Shown here one piece after another: positions 50,924 to 61,174 of a stretch of DNA of 64,000 nucleotides; position 1 is the first letter of the stretch; each line of letters opens with the position of its first letter. Both the position numbers and the translations under genes were made by a program. The stretch spans positions 1 through 64,000 of IMG/VR virus record IMGVR_UViG_3300028129_000010; one strand, given 5' to 3'. The notes under the pieces were generated by a model. It was not told where the DNA came from. It ran no database searches and saw only the letters and a program-made list of their open reading frames with translations. The DNA comes from a virus (Duplodnaviria; Caudoviricetes).

Positions 50924-51233
50924 ATAATTCTTTATAAATGTTGACTGAATTTATATATCTGTCTATCGCATCTTCAAATGGATATGGTATCCTTATAATA
51001 TCTCTATCTTTTATTTCAAATTCTAATCCACCATATTGTGGATTAGCTAACAAAATAAGCCAACCATGATATGGGTTATTATAATACCTTTGACTTAAAA
51101 TGTCAAGCCTAGTTTCTCCAGTCTTATAAATAACAGTTTTATCATTAGAACCTACAGGTATTCTTATACCAGGTATTGGTTTCATTTCTCCATTATCTCT
51201 AAAAGATTCGTATCTATCAAAATATGTTGCCAT
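50916..51233 (-). CDS. LysM-like baseplate wedge protein (gp53/gpX-like)
   Basis: YKTGETRLDILSQRYYNNPYHGWLILLANP..IRIP. Confidence 0.85.
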   Translation of the reverse strand: MATYFDRYESFRDNGEMKPIPGIRIPVGSNDKTVIYKTGETRLDILSQRYYNNPYHGWLILLANPQYGGLEFEIKDRDIIRIPYPFEDAIDRYINSVNIYKELYG

Positions 51234-51263
51234 AATTATCTTTTTTTATATTGTGATATAAGT

Positions 51264-54200
51264 TTATAGTATTATTGGTTGTCTATTTTGACCAACTTTT
51301 GTTGTTACAGAAATCTTATTATTACCATCAGAACTAGTAACAATAAATGAAACTAAATAATCAACATTTGATTCATTTTCTTTATAATCAATAATAACAT
51401 TATTAACCTTATATTGACTAAACTTAACTGAAGTTAGTATTTCAAAATCATCCTTACCAGAAGTAATTGTTTCATCACTTACAGGTACTTCAAAATATAC
51501 CTTATCATTAATAGTACCATCTTCATTAAAAATAAGTTTTTCAACCCTTAATTTTTTAACTGTATAGTCTTGACTAATATCTTTCTTGAGTTGTACGCCA
51601 ATACTTAAACTATTAACACCACTTTCAACTAACTTTGCTGTTACAGGTTTTATTATATCATTTTCATATTGATTTACTTGAGTATTTTCAGTCTTATTAG
51701 CTTCGTTATTAGATTCAACTTCTTGATTATTGGTAGAATCGTTTGTATTATTACTTAAACCTAATTTATTTTGTGGTTCTTCTAATGGTGTTTTTGGTGA
51801 ATTTACTTTTTCACCTGGAACAAGTTCACCATAACCCTTACCTTCATCATTTGCTTGAAGTCCTTGTTTAATTTTAATTCTATCAGCTCTTGCATCGTAT
51901 ATCTCAGTATTAGCAAAGAAGTTATATGATACAGCGTTTTGTAGTTTATTAATTGGGCCTTCTAAACTTGAGCCACCTATAAATGCAAAATTAATTGTTA
52001 CATTAGCAATCATTGGTTGTACACCTACACCTTCTGGGTTTAAATCCCAAACAAGTGGTTCAAAGTCTAAAGACATTGAATCGATTGCTATCTTAGTATG
52101 ATAAAAATCACCAATTCTAAGTATAGACACTGGTGGTCTACCAAAAGCTAAGTTATCAGGTATTCCTTGGTCATGTTTAGTAGGACCTTGTCTAGTACAC
52201 TGATGTAAGAAATTAAGTCTTGAGTTAAATCCTTCTGGTGTTATACTATGAAATGATGGGTGAAAATATTTGAGTTTTTCTCTTATATTATCATAAACAA
52301 AATTATTATTCTCTTCTATCTTCTTAAAATAATGACATTCAGTAAAGAATCTACTTGCTGGTATACTAACATCAGAGAATGGATTAGTATTAGGGTTTTC
52401 GTATTGACTATCTATTAACTCATCTTCTTTTAAAGAAGCATCATAACTAATCGTAACTTCAACCTTTCTAGCTTTTTTACAACCTAATCTGTCTTGACCG
52501 TTATCACCAGAACAACCATCACCAACACTAACAGAACCAGAACCACTAGTTTTATATCTCTTATTAACTAACTTATCATCAAATATTGAACTACCGTTTG
52601 GTGTTATAGTTACTTGTGTCATAACTTGATTTTTAAACCAATTTTCAACATTTTTAGCCCTTTCTTCAGATAAAGTTTGGTTATTACTTGAATTATCATT
52701 ATTACTTGCTGATTGATTTCCTTGTGTACTTGCATAACCAGTTATATTAACTCTACAATACTTACACTTTTCAATCATAAATGTATTTAACTCAGCAAAG
52801 AAATCATTATCTTTTATCCAACCCTCAGTTGTAACCCCGTCAATAGTTATAGGTTGTTTCCAACCATTAAGACCAAAATTAGTATTATTAGGGTATACAA
52901 AAGAACCACCACCTACTGTACCATCACCAGTGGTTGTTCCATTTTGTTCCGTCATAGCTGAAACTGGTAATTTATTTCCACCACTATCTAAACCATCTTC
53001 ATAAGTTATTGGTATTGAAGATTCGTCATTTGGGAAATAAACAGTAAAGGTAACATCTGGTGGAAGAGTATCATCAACCTTTTCTGGTTTTTTAGTGTTA
53101 TCTTTTTTCTCAATATCATCTCTTTGTTGTTGAGTTAATACTAGATTTCTAACATCTTCGTATTCTAAACAACCAGCAAAGAAAGACGCTATATCATCAT
53201 TATCAAAATTGTCAGGAAAGAAGTTAGCATAATTTGGATGGTCAATAATAACTTTCCATGAAAGAGTTCCAGTTCTTTCAGTATTGTTGTAAGTATATAT
53301 TGGTTCACCTCTACCTATAAAATTGCTTTTATCCCAGCTTACAGACGTTGTCTCGTTAAAACTGATGTCATATGGTGGAAACCACATAATTCTTCCTCTA
53401 AGACCACTTAACGGGTCTCCTGGACCCTTTTCACACTCTAATAGATTAGTTAAATCATCAGCCCATGCTAAATTCTCTATTGAGAACATATATCTTTTTA
53501 TATCATCTAGATTACCTTCTTCATCTGTAGTTGGACCTATATTAACAAAACCAGTACTATTTAAAACTGAAGATTTTAAATTATTCGCGTTTGGTCTATT
53601 TGGGAAGTTTGGTCCACCAATAAGTCCAGAATGTTTTTGTAAGTCTTGTACATTGTTATATTTTCTAACTGGTGACCATGTTCTACAAAATACATTATCA
53701 TCTTCTGATGTATTCCCAGCAAGTGCATCAGCACTCAAAACACCAGAACCCTTAGATATTTTATTAGCAACTGTACCTACAGCTCTAACACCACTTTGTA
53801 TTTCAGTTTTAGTTTCTTTACCGAAACGACCAGAAACAAGTGTTTTAATTTTATTATTTTTAAATAATTTTTGAGTCTTGGTTAAAATACTATTTTTATT
53901 TTCTGTTTTTAAACTGTATACACCATTAGTTGGTTTATTATTATTTTCATCACCCCAAATAAATTTACCTAAACCATCATTATCACCACTTATGTTATCT
54001 TCACTCTCAGTAACATTATCGATTAAAGAAGGAAATCCTTCAGATATATCAGCTATATTTTCTAAATTACCACCATTGTTAAGTTTAGAACCATAAGCAT
54101 ATATTGAACCACCACTAAGTGGTCCTTGGTTATAACCTCTTCCAGTTCTTTCATCAATAAATTCTGGGACAAAACCTTGTCTTGCACCTTTACCTGTAAA

Positions 54201-55220
54201 TTTAGGGTCTATATTTGCATTCATGTTAGCAAACATTTGTAACACTTGACCTTTACCAGTATTACTAATCATACTATTAGCTCTAGTTATGTTACCTGTT
54301 TCATTTCCACTATCAGCTGCAAATATTGAAGATTCATTCCCTAAAAGACTAAATGGTATTTTAGCGCCACTCATTCTTTCTAATAAATCACCAGCTGTAC
54401 CTAAAGTACCTTGACCTACTGTAATCTTATAATTTGGTACTATAAGACTATTACCTTTAGCAAGACTAATTGGGTTTAAATTAACTCTACCTAATGTATT
54501 TTCTTGTAACTCAAATGCTATATTATTACCAATAGCTGTTGCTAGGTATCCAGCAGCAAGTTGACCTAATCTTGTATCATTTATTACACCTGTTGCAGTA
54601 AGTACTCTACCAGCTAATGAACTTCTAACATCAAAGTCAGATGTTAATCCACCGCCATTTGGGTCAAATCCAATACCACCACCTTGAGTAACGCTACCAA
54701 TTATATCTAACGGTTGAGTTGAAGGACCGCCAACATTTAAGTTATTATTTTCATCTAAATAAGAACCTGTTTGATTTCCAAATTTCTTATAAACTATATC
54801 AACTGGTGTTAACTTAGTAACATCTAAATATTGGTTGTTGATAACATTTGACTCTAAGTTATCTTCATTAGCTTCTAATAATTGAGCAGCAATATTACTA
54901 TAAGGTTCATTATTCCATACATTACCAGCAATTGTTGAATTTGTATTACCTGGAAGGAAATTAACATTATATTGTTGGTAATCAATATTATCACCTTGGT
55001 ATTTATTAACAGATATATTACCATCCTTATAAAAAACACCATCATCTTCTATATTAGGTGAACTTTGGACTGATAAAGGTTGTGTTGATGGGTCTGCTGG
55101 ATACCCAATACCAACTAATTCTGATAATAAACCATTATCGGTTATTGTATCAGTAATTACATTTCTATTAAGTAATATATCCCTAAAAGTTGGTGATAAC
55201 GTATTTATTCCATTTGGCAT
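51264..55220 (-). CDS. Tail tube initiator-like baseplate protein with internal OmpA-like domain
   Basis: WFPPYDISF.E..SW....IGRGEPIYTY..TER.GTLSW; VYF..D...ITGYAS.QG..N..LSEERA..V..RKVEV. Confidence 0.65.
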   Translation of the reverse strand: MPNGINTLSPTFRDILLNRNVITDTITDNGLLSELVGIGYPADPSTQPLSVQSSPNIEDDGVFYKDGNISVNKYQGDNIDYQQYNVNFLPGNTNSTIAGNVWNNEPYSNIAAQLLEANEDNLESNVINNQYLDVTKLTPVDIVYKKFGNQTGSYLDENNNLNVGGPSTQPLDIIGSVTQGGGIGFDPNGGGLTSDFDVRSSLAGRVLTATGVINDTRLGQLAAGYLATAIGNNIAFELQENTLGRVNLNPISLAKGNSLIVPNYKITVGQGTLGTAGDLLERMSGAKIPFSLLGNESSIFAADSGNETGNITRANSMISNTGKGQVLQMFANMNANIDPKFTGKGARQGFVPEFIDERTGRGYNQGPLSGGSIYAYGSKLNNGGNLENIADISEGFPSLIDNVTESEDNISGDNDGLGKFIWGDENNNKPTNGVYSLKTENKNSILTKTQKLFKNNKIKTLVSGRFGKETKTEIQSGVRAVGTVANKISKGSGVLSADALAGNTSEDDNVFCRTWSPVRKYNNVQDLQKHSGLIGGPNFPNRPNANNLKSSVLNSTGFVNIGPTTDEEGNLDDIKRYMFSIENLAWADDLTNLLECEKGPGDPLSGLRGRIMWFPPYDISFNETTSVSWDKSNFIGRGEPIYTYNNTERTGTLSWKVIIDHPNYANFFPDNFDNDDIASFFAGCLEYEDVRNLVLTQQQRDDIEKKDNTKKPEKVDDTLPPDVTFTVYFPNDESSIPITYEDGLDSGGNKLPVSAMTEQNGTTTGDGTVGGGSFVYPNNTNFGLNGWKQPITIDGVTTEGWIKDNDFFAELNTFMIEKCKYCRVNITGYASTQGNQSASNNDNSSNNQTLSEERAKNVENWFKNQVMTQVTITPNGSSIFDDKLVNKRYKTSGSGSVSVGDGCSGDNGQDRLGCKKARKVEVTISYDASLKEDELIDSQYENPNTNPFSDVSIPASRFFTECHYFKKIEENNNFVYDNIREKLKYFHPSFHSITPEGFNSRLNFLHQCTRQGPTKHDQGIPDNLAFGRPPVSILRIGDFYHTKIAIDSMSLDFEPLVWDLNPEGVGVQPMIANVTINFAFIGGSSLEGPINKLQNAVSYNFFANTEIYDARADRIKIKQGLQANDEGKGYGELVPGEKVNSPKTPLEEPQNKLGLSNNTNDSTNNQEVESNNEANKTENTQVNQYENDIIKPVTAKLVESGVNSLSIGVQLKKDISQDYTVKKLRVEKLIFNEDGTINDKVYFEVPVSDETITSGKDDFEILTSVKFSQYKVNNVIIDYKENESNVDYLVSFIVTSSDGNNKISVTTKVGQNRQPIIL

Positions 55221-55298
55221 AATAAAATCTTTTTATTATAAATACTATGTTAACTAAAAATTTTAGAAAATAAATAGTTGATAAAATGAAAAAAATAC

Positions 55299-55450
55299 TA
55301 TATATTATATAAATTATATTATATTAATTATATTATATAGTTATATTATATTAATTATATTATATAGTTATATTATATTATATTATATAGTTATATTATA
55401 TTATATAGTTATATTATAGTTAATATATATATTATATTATATATATAATA
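55299..55450. repeat. AT-only low-complexity tract built from TTATATTATATAG-type units
   Basis: ~150 bp with no C and five G on + strand; intergenic. Confidence 0.9.
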
Positions 55451-55482
55451 CAAAAATAATAGGATAAAACTTGAAAAGCAAC
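55451..55482 (-). promoter_or_regulatory. Bacteroidota-type promoter pointing into the AT tract
   Basis: GTTG (55482-55479), 20-nt spacer, TATTTTTG (55458-55451). Confidence 0.5.
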
Positions 55483-55516
55483 TTTTTTATAAACTTTTTT
55501 TTTATTTTTTTTTAGA

Positions 55517-58045
55517 TTATCCAAATTGAGGGTTAGGAGTTAGTTTATTTTCATTTCTATTTCCAGCAATTCGTTGTGCTATCATTGATATTAATCTTTC
55601 TTGTGTATCTGGATTGTTAAGATGTTCCGCACCATCACCTTCAAACCTAATAGTTCCTTTAATATCATCAAATTTATGTTTAACTTCTGATGAACCACCA
55701 TTACCAAAATGCTTATCAGCAACTTTACTCAATTGGTTTTCTGATGTGGATGCCATCATAACATCATTAACTTTCATAAATTTATCTCTAGGATTAAATT
55801 CTATTATAGCATCATTAGCTGATACTGTTTTTGCTTGTGGAATCATTGCTTGTGGTCCTCTTCCATTATTACCAGTATCAGAGTTTTTACCAAATTCATT
55901 ATAAAGGCCGTATAAAGCACCTAAACCACCACCAACTAAACCACCTAATGGACCAAGAAGCATACCTAATGAAGCACCTGTTAAAGCTGAACTACCAACA
56001 CCTAAAGCTTTACCAGCACCACTATTATAAAATTCTTCATCTTCACTACCTCTAAGATAATCCACTCCCATACCAGCTAAACCAAGACCCATACCACCAA
56101 CAAGTGAACCCATGCTACCAGCTGCAAATCTAGAACCACCACCAGCCAATTTAGCTAATGTCTTATTGCCACCAAACCTATTTAATGTAGCAGCACCTCT
56201 ACTCATTCTAGAACCGCCTAAACCCATAAATCCAGTACCTCTAGAAGCAACACCACCAGCAACTCCAGAACCACCTCCGAAGCCACCTCCTAAGCCACCA
56301 CCCATATTAAATCCCGTTCTGAGTAATTTACCAGTAGCTATCCAAGACGCAGCTTTAAATAACCCAATACCTAAAAGTGATTTAATAGGGTTTTCTATAA
56401 TAAATTTACCGATACTACCAGCTAATTTAGCAGCCCCACCAGCAAAATTTCTAAGAGTAGTATAAAACCCTTCTTTATTCCATTTCTCTTGTAAATCCTG
56501 TAATGGTTTACCTAAAAATTCTTTTAAGTCTTTAGCTACAGGAACTAATACTTGCTTAAGTGTCATTGTCAAGTCTGTAATAACTTCTTCAAATGTTCTT
56601 GCAGCTTTAGCCCTTTTTTCAAGTGTTTCTTTTTCATTTCTAATTGAATCTAATTGACTTGCTTCTAAATTTTTAACTAATTCGTCTTTACCATCAATAT
56701 TAATATAAAACTCACCATTTTTTAATTCAGCTACACTTGATATAAACTCCTTATCTTTATCTTCAAAATTTATTGGTGTTATTGAACCTATGGATTCTAT
56801 CTTCTTTTGCTGAACAGCCATTTCTTGAAGTTTCTCAACACTAAGACCTGTCATCTTAGATATTTCCCTCATTCTATCTCTTGCAAGACCTCCCATAACC
56901 TCGAAAGAGCCCGTCTCCTTGTTGAACTCAACAAATTCAGAGGTAGCCTTACCAATATCCTTAGCGAAGCCTTCCATGTCATTTCTAGCCTTAAACATAA
57001 GTGTCATAGGGTCACCTAGTTTTGCGAACTCTCCACCCATTACAGATAGTTGTGCTGCCATTTCTATAGCACCTTCTGGTCTAAACACCTTATCAGCTAG
57101 ACTGGCGATGCCATCCATATCTAATTTAAGTCTAAGAGCATCAGACGACATTTTACCTAATGCCTTAACACCACCCTTAAAGTTATATTTTTGAGCTAAT
57201 TTAAGATTCTTTTGTAATGCTTGTGAAGCCGCTGCACCATTAACACCCATTTCACCAGCGATGTTCATAGTGTCTTCAACCATCTTAGCACTAGCTTCAG
57301 CACCAACACCAAAATTATCCATAGCTGAAGCCATACCTATAGCAAACTGTTCGCCAAGTCCAGTACCTTCAGCCATTCCAGCCATAGCTTTAAGACCACC
57401 TTCTGTAAGTCTTACACTTCTACCAATTTCTTTACTATAACCACCTTGTAATATTGCTAACTTTTTCAAGTTAACACCCATCATTGTGGTACTATCAGCT
57501 GCGGAATATAAATTTTTTGAGAAAGAATCAAACTGGGAACTACCAAGAGCCATGCTTCTTGATGCGTTACGGATTTCTTTATCCATATCAAACACACCAT
57601 AAGACCTAAGCTTATCCCAACCCCACTTTTTAACAAAGTTACCTGTTGAATTAGCTATTGATTTAAGCTTATTAGCTTCTTTAACTGATTCTTTTAAATT
57701 TTTAAGAGCCTCTTTATGTTCTTTGTTTTGTTGATTTAAGTAACCAATTCTAGATTTTATATATGGTTCCTGTTCTTTTAAGACAGCTAAAGTCTTTTTT
57801 TCTTGGTCGGTTAGTTTTGAAGCTTCTTTTTTTCTTAATTTAGTTAAAGTTTCTAATTCTTTCTCACTAGCCTTAATTTGTTTTTGAGTATTAATTATAT
57901 CCTTCTCTACTTCATTAATCTTTTTAGTAGCTTCATACCATTTACCAATACCCTTCTCAACTTCTTGAGAACCCTTACGAACATCAGCTAAGTTTCTTTT
58001 AAACTTATCAAATTCGTCATTAAAATCTTTAAAATTATCAGCCAT
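55517..58045 (-). CDS. Tape measure protein
   Basis: Helical Ala/Lys-rich protein with Gly-rich hydrophobic C-terminal region; lies between chaperone and tube-initiator genes. Confidence 0.85.
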   Translation of the reverse strand: MADNFKDFNDEFDKFKRNLADVRKGSQEVEKGIGKWYEATKKINEVEKDIINTQKQIKASEKELETLTKLRKKEASKLTDQEKKTLAVLKEQEPYIKSRIGYLNQQNKEHKEALKNLKESVKEANKLKSIANSTGNFVKKWGWDKLRSYGVFDMDKEIRNASRSMALGSSQFDSFSKNLYSAADSTTMMGVNLKKLAILQGGYSKEIGRSVRLTEGGLKAMAGMAEGTGLGEQFAIGMASAMDNFGVGAEASAKMVEDTMNIAGEMGVNGAAASQALQKNLKLAQKYNFKGGVKALGKMSSDALRLKLDMDGIASLADKVFRPEGAIEMAAQLSVMGGEFAKLGDPMTLMFKARNDMEGFAKDIGKATSEFVEFNKETGSFEVMGGLARDRMREISKMTGLSVEKLQEMAVQQKKIESIGSITPINFEDKDKEFISSVAELKNGEFYINIDGKDELVKNLEASQLDSIRNEKETLEKRAKAARTFEEVITDLTMTLKQVLVPVAKDLKEFLGKPLQDLQEKWNKEGFYTTLRNFAGGAAKLAGSIGKFIIENPIKSLLGIGLFKAASWIATGKLLRTGFNMGGGLGGGFGGGSGVAGGVASRGTGFMGLGGSRMSRGAATLNRFGGNKTLAKLAGGGSRFAAGSMGSLVGGMGLGLAGMGVDYLRGSEDEEFYNSGAGKALGVGSSALTGASLGMLLGPLGGLVGGGLGALYGLYNEFGKNSDTGNNGRGPQAMIPQAKTVSANDAIIEFNPRDKFMKVNDVMMASTSENQLSKVADKHFGNGGSSEVKHKFDDIKGTIRFEGDGAEHLNNPDTQERLISMIAQRIAGNRNENKLTPNPQFG

Positions 58046-58068
58046 TAGAACTTATACTTAAATTAATC

Positions 58069-59616
58069 TTACTTTTTTTCTTTATTTTTATTCTTACTAG
58101 ATTTAACTATTTTAATCTTACCTTCACCAATATCTACCAATTTTTTACCCTTATCTAGTTTTCCTTTTAAAATGACTTCATATATTTTGAAATTATCATT
58201 ATCTTGTAATTCCTTTAATATATCTATTCTGTATTTAAAAGCACCACTAGTTCTTTTATCTTGAAAGTTAGTTGCTAGGTTAGGATAAATATCACCAGGA
58301 CCTCTTTTTTTAACAATTGTGTAATATCTTCTACCTTCTTTCATAGGCATATCTTTAGTATTACTATCTGTAACTCTAAACTGAGTAAACTCAATCATCT
58401 TCTGTTCACCAGTTTTAAAATCCTTTAATAACTTTGAATTTTTTTCAGCTGACTTAAGCCATCCAGATAATTTTTCATCAGCTGGTATAATACCTCTTTC
58501 TTTAGCAACGCCTATAAATTCTAAAAATGCGTTAGGTTTTCTCCAAAGAGCATTCCTAAGGATTTTATCATCTTTCATGAATTCTTTAAACTGAGCTTCT
58601 ATTTCATCATCAGACAAACCATTAAACTCATCTTCTTCAGAATCTATTTGACTCTTAATATCTGATGATATGTAATTATCTATAGCATAAATTACAAAAT
58701 CTTCTGACTTAGATTTAACATTACCACCATCTTCAGCACCACCAACATACTTTTTCATTTTTATATCAGCGTAATCGGGTTTGAATATAACTTTACCAGT
58801 TTTATCATCCTTAACTTCTTTAACCTTTAAATCTATATTTTTAGAGTCTAATTTAAATTCTATTTGATTACCAACTAATTCTTTATACCTATCAGCCTCT
58901 TCACTTCCGTAAGCACTATCAATCTCCCAAGAAACACTACTTGAATCTTTACTAGTAACAATTAGATTTAATTGCCCACCACCCTTAAATTCAAATAGAT
59001 AAGTATTATCTAATTTAGACTCTCTAATAGTATTTAATAAATCATTTACAGCATCAGTTCTAGTATCTTCTTCAGTTGGTTCTGAATTATCTATATTATC
59101 TTGTCCAGGCTCTTCAATTGCACCAGTATCAACATTAACATTAAACTTAGCTTTTAAATTAGAATCTAAATTACAATTTAAATCAGTACCAGCACCCTCA
59201 AAAACTTTAAAATCTTTAATTTTATTATTTTTTTGTTTCCAGTTTTTAACGTCTGATTTAATAGATTTTATAGAACTAGTATCCTTTATATTCTTATGTT
59301 GTTCAATATCTGCTGATAACTTACCATCACCTTGTAAACTAGAAGCAGTTAAGAACCAGAATTCATTCTTATGAACACCATTATTACAATTAATCATTAA
59401 TATTTGACCACTAAAAGCATCAATAACTTTGAAATGTAATTCACTACCACCCAATGTAGTAACCATTATAGCATCACCAGCTTTGATTTTTCTAATAGCA
59501 TCGGACATATTCTGTTCCAATATCAATCTATTATACTGGGATTCAGTAATAACTAACTTAGTTTTGGGTTTATTGAATACCCTGTTATATTGTGATTCAT
59601 TAATAACTAACTTCAT
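58069..59616 (-). CDS. Hypothetical protein with duplicated KLVI(N/T)ESQYNR leader
   Basis: 515-aa ORF; own TATTTAT motif at 59635-59641. Confidence 0.7.
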   Translation of the reverse strand: MKLVINESQYNRVFNKPKTKLVITESQYNRLILEQNMSDAIRKIKAGDAIMVTTLGGSELHFKVIDAFSGQILMINCNNGVHKNEFWFLTASSLQGDGKLSADIEQHKNIKDTSSIKSIKSDVKNWKQKNNKIKDFKVFEGAGTDLNCNLDSNLKAKFNVNVDTGAIEEPGQDNIDNSEPTEEDTRTDAVNDLLNTIRESKLDNTYLFEFKGGGQLNLIVTSKDSSSVSWEIDSAYGSEEADRYKELVGNQIEFKLDSKNIDLKVKEVKDDKTGKVIFKPDYADIKMKKYVGGAEDGGNVKSKSEDFVIYAIDNYISSDIKSQIDSEEDEFNGLSDDEIEAQFKEFMKDDKILRNALWRKPNAFLEFIGVAKERGIIPADEKLSGWLKSAEKNSKLLKDFKTGEQKMIEFTQFRVTDSNTKDMPMKEGRRYYTIVKKRGPGDIYPNLATNFQDKRTSGAFKYRIDILKELQDNDNFKIYEVILKGKLDKGKKLVDIGEGKIKIVKSSKNKNKEKK

Positions 59617-59651
59617 AAAGATGTCTTTTTTATAATAAATATCTAAAACAT

Positions 59652-59687
59652 AAAAAAATACCCAACTATTTAATTAGTTAGGTATTT
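59652..59687 (-). terminator. Rho-independent terminator overlapping the stop of the chaperone extension
   Basis: AATACCTAACTA-ATTAAA-TAGTTGGGTATT followed by T run. Confidence 0.75.
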
Positions 59688-59946
59688 GTCCTGTTTTTAA
59701 TTTAGACTTTAATTGTTCACCACCTATCCTTGTGGTTCTAGAACCCTTAGCGTTTTTATTCCTAGCACTCTGCATTTGCTCCTCCATCATTTCATTTTTC
59801 TTATTATTTTCATTAATAAGTGTTAATAAGAAAAACTTTCTTTCATGGGTTGGTGCTGATAAAACGTCTTGATAAGTCATACCTAAATGTTTTATACAAA
59901 TATATATCTCCTCTAATAGTCCTGGTTTATATTCTGGCGTTAGGCC
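59674..59946 (-). CDS. Out-of-frame extension of tail/hub assembly chaperone (gp51/GT-like)
   Basis: Frame open from 59979; GLTPEYKPGLLEEIYICIKHLG precedes the first ATG (59880); MTYQDVLSAPTHERKFF. Confidence 0.65.
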   Translation of the reverse strand, partial: GLTPEYKPGLLEEIYICIKHLGMTYQDVLSAPTHERKFFLLTLINENNKKNEMMEEQMQSARNKNAKGSRTTRIGGEQLKSKLKTGQIPN

Positions 59947-61051
59947 AAAAAAACCTTGGCGTAATGGGAAGAAACATATTTATGGACCCACCTCCAGGAG
60001 TCCTTACATCGATATTCATATCAATGCCACATTCTATCTTAGATATGTAATTTCTTAGACCTTGAGCATCTCCTACTCTCATAGAGTTTGCGAACTCTTT
60101 TATGTATGTTCTGTCTTTATTTCCATCAATATCAACTAACTGCCTTTCCAAAATAAGTGTTTGTTCTTCATTAATTGGATTATCTTTATTTTCTTCTACT
60201 AATTTCTCAAGATTCTCTAACTCACCAACTGTAAGCATCTTAAACCTAACAGTTTTTTTACTTAACGGTAATTCATAAGTGAAAAGACCATCAGATTCTG
60301 GCTCAACACTTAAATTAACCGTCTTAAGGTCAGATAAGTTAACTTCAGTCTCAAAAGGTTCATCATTCTCATCATAAGCTAATATTGGATACATTTCACC
60401 ATACCCTGTAGCTCTAAGCCAAATCATAATTGCATTTCTATCACCAGGCACCAAATTCTCATACCTTAAATCTGGTTCAAGTAATTTTCTATTAATAAGA
60501 ATCTCTAAAAATTCACCACTTTCAACTAAGTTTGGTGAAGTAAGAATATTTTCATCTGCTGTGGTTAAATAAGCAACCTTAACACCTTTCTTTTTAGTTT
60601 TATATAATTTACCCTCAGAAGGTAATGGAATAACATCAAATGGTTGATTAAATTGAGGCTGACTAATAGATTCAATGTAAGCATCATTATTATCCTTATT
60701 AGGTTCTTCATTAGAATCACCAGAATTATTATTATTATTATTATTATTTGTTGGTGGTGGGGTTGTTGGAGGAGGTGTTCTATCAGCTCTCTTTTGTTCC
60801 ATTTTTTTAGCTCTTTTCTCATCCATCTGTCTAGCAATTTCTTCTTGTTTTCTTAATTGCTCATCCCTATTCCTTATTAACTCTTCATTATTCTTTCTCA
60901 TTTCAGCAGCAGCTTCAGCTTCTTTTTGAGAACCATAATCTGTTTCAAGATTATTTTCACTAGCTAATTGATTAGCAATTCTTTCACCAGTATCATTAGC
61001 TTCATTGATTTGTTCTTTTGTTGGAAAAACATTAGGTTTTACATCACTCAT
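59927..61051 (-). CDS. T4 gp26-like baseplate hub / tail assembly chaperone
   Basis: VIPLPSEG..Y, AYLTTADENILTS, GDRNAIMIWLR..GYG, LPLSKK.V.FKMLT; ends FFWP on a T7 run. Confidence 0.8.
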   Translation of the reverse strand: MSDVKPNVFPTKEQINEANDTGERIANQLASENNLETDYGSQKEAEAAAEMRKNNEELIRNRDEQLRKQEEIARQMDEKRAKKMEQKRADRTPPPTTPPPTNNNNNNNNSGDSNEEPNKDNNDAYIESISQPQFNQPFDVIPLPSEGKLYKTKKKGVKVAYLTTADENILTSPNLVESGEFLEILINRKLLEPDLRYENLVPGDRNAIMIWLRATGYGEMYPILAYDENDEPFETEVNLSDLKTVNLSVEPESDGLFTYELPLSKKTVRFKMLTVGELENLEKLVEENKDNPINEEQTLILERQLVDIDGNKDRTYIKEFANSMRVGDAQGLRNYISKIECGIDMNIDVRTPGGGSINMFLPITPRFFWPNARI

Positions 61052-61119
61052 AATTAAAACGTTTTAATAAATTTTTATATCCTAAATCTACTTAATAAAT
61101 ATCCTAAGTAAAGTTTTTT

Positions 61120-61151
61120 ATTGCTTTTTTAATCATATAGTATTATATTTG
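61120..61151 (+). promoter_or_regulatory. Bacteroidota-type promoter
   Basis: ATTG-N20-TATATTTG upstream of 61175. Confidence 0.55.
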
Positions 61152-61174
61152 GTTTAATATTAAAATTAATTATT

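Noticed and set aside
55299-55450. CRISPR array
   Set aside because: No constant repeat with unique spacers; the tract is simple AT sequence.
60725-60780. Poly-Asn/Pro stretch in the chaperone
   Set aside because: Ordinary low-complexity linker.
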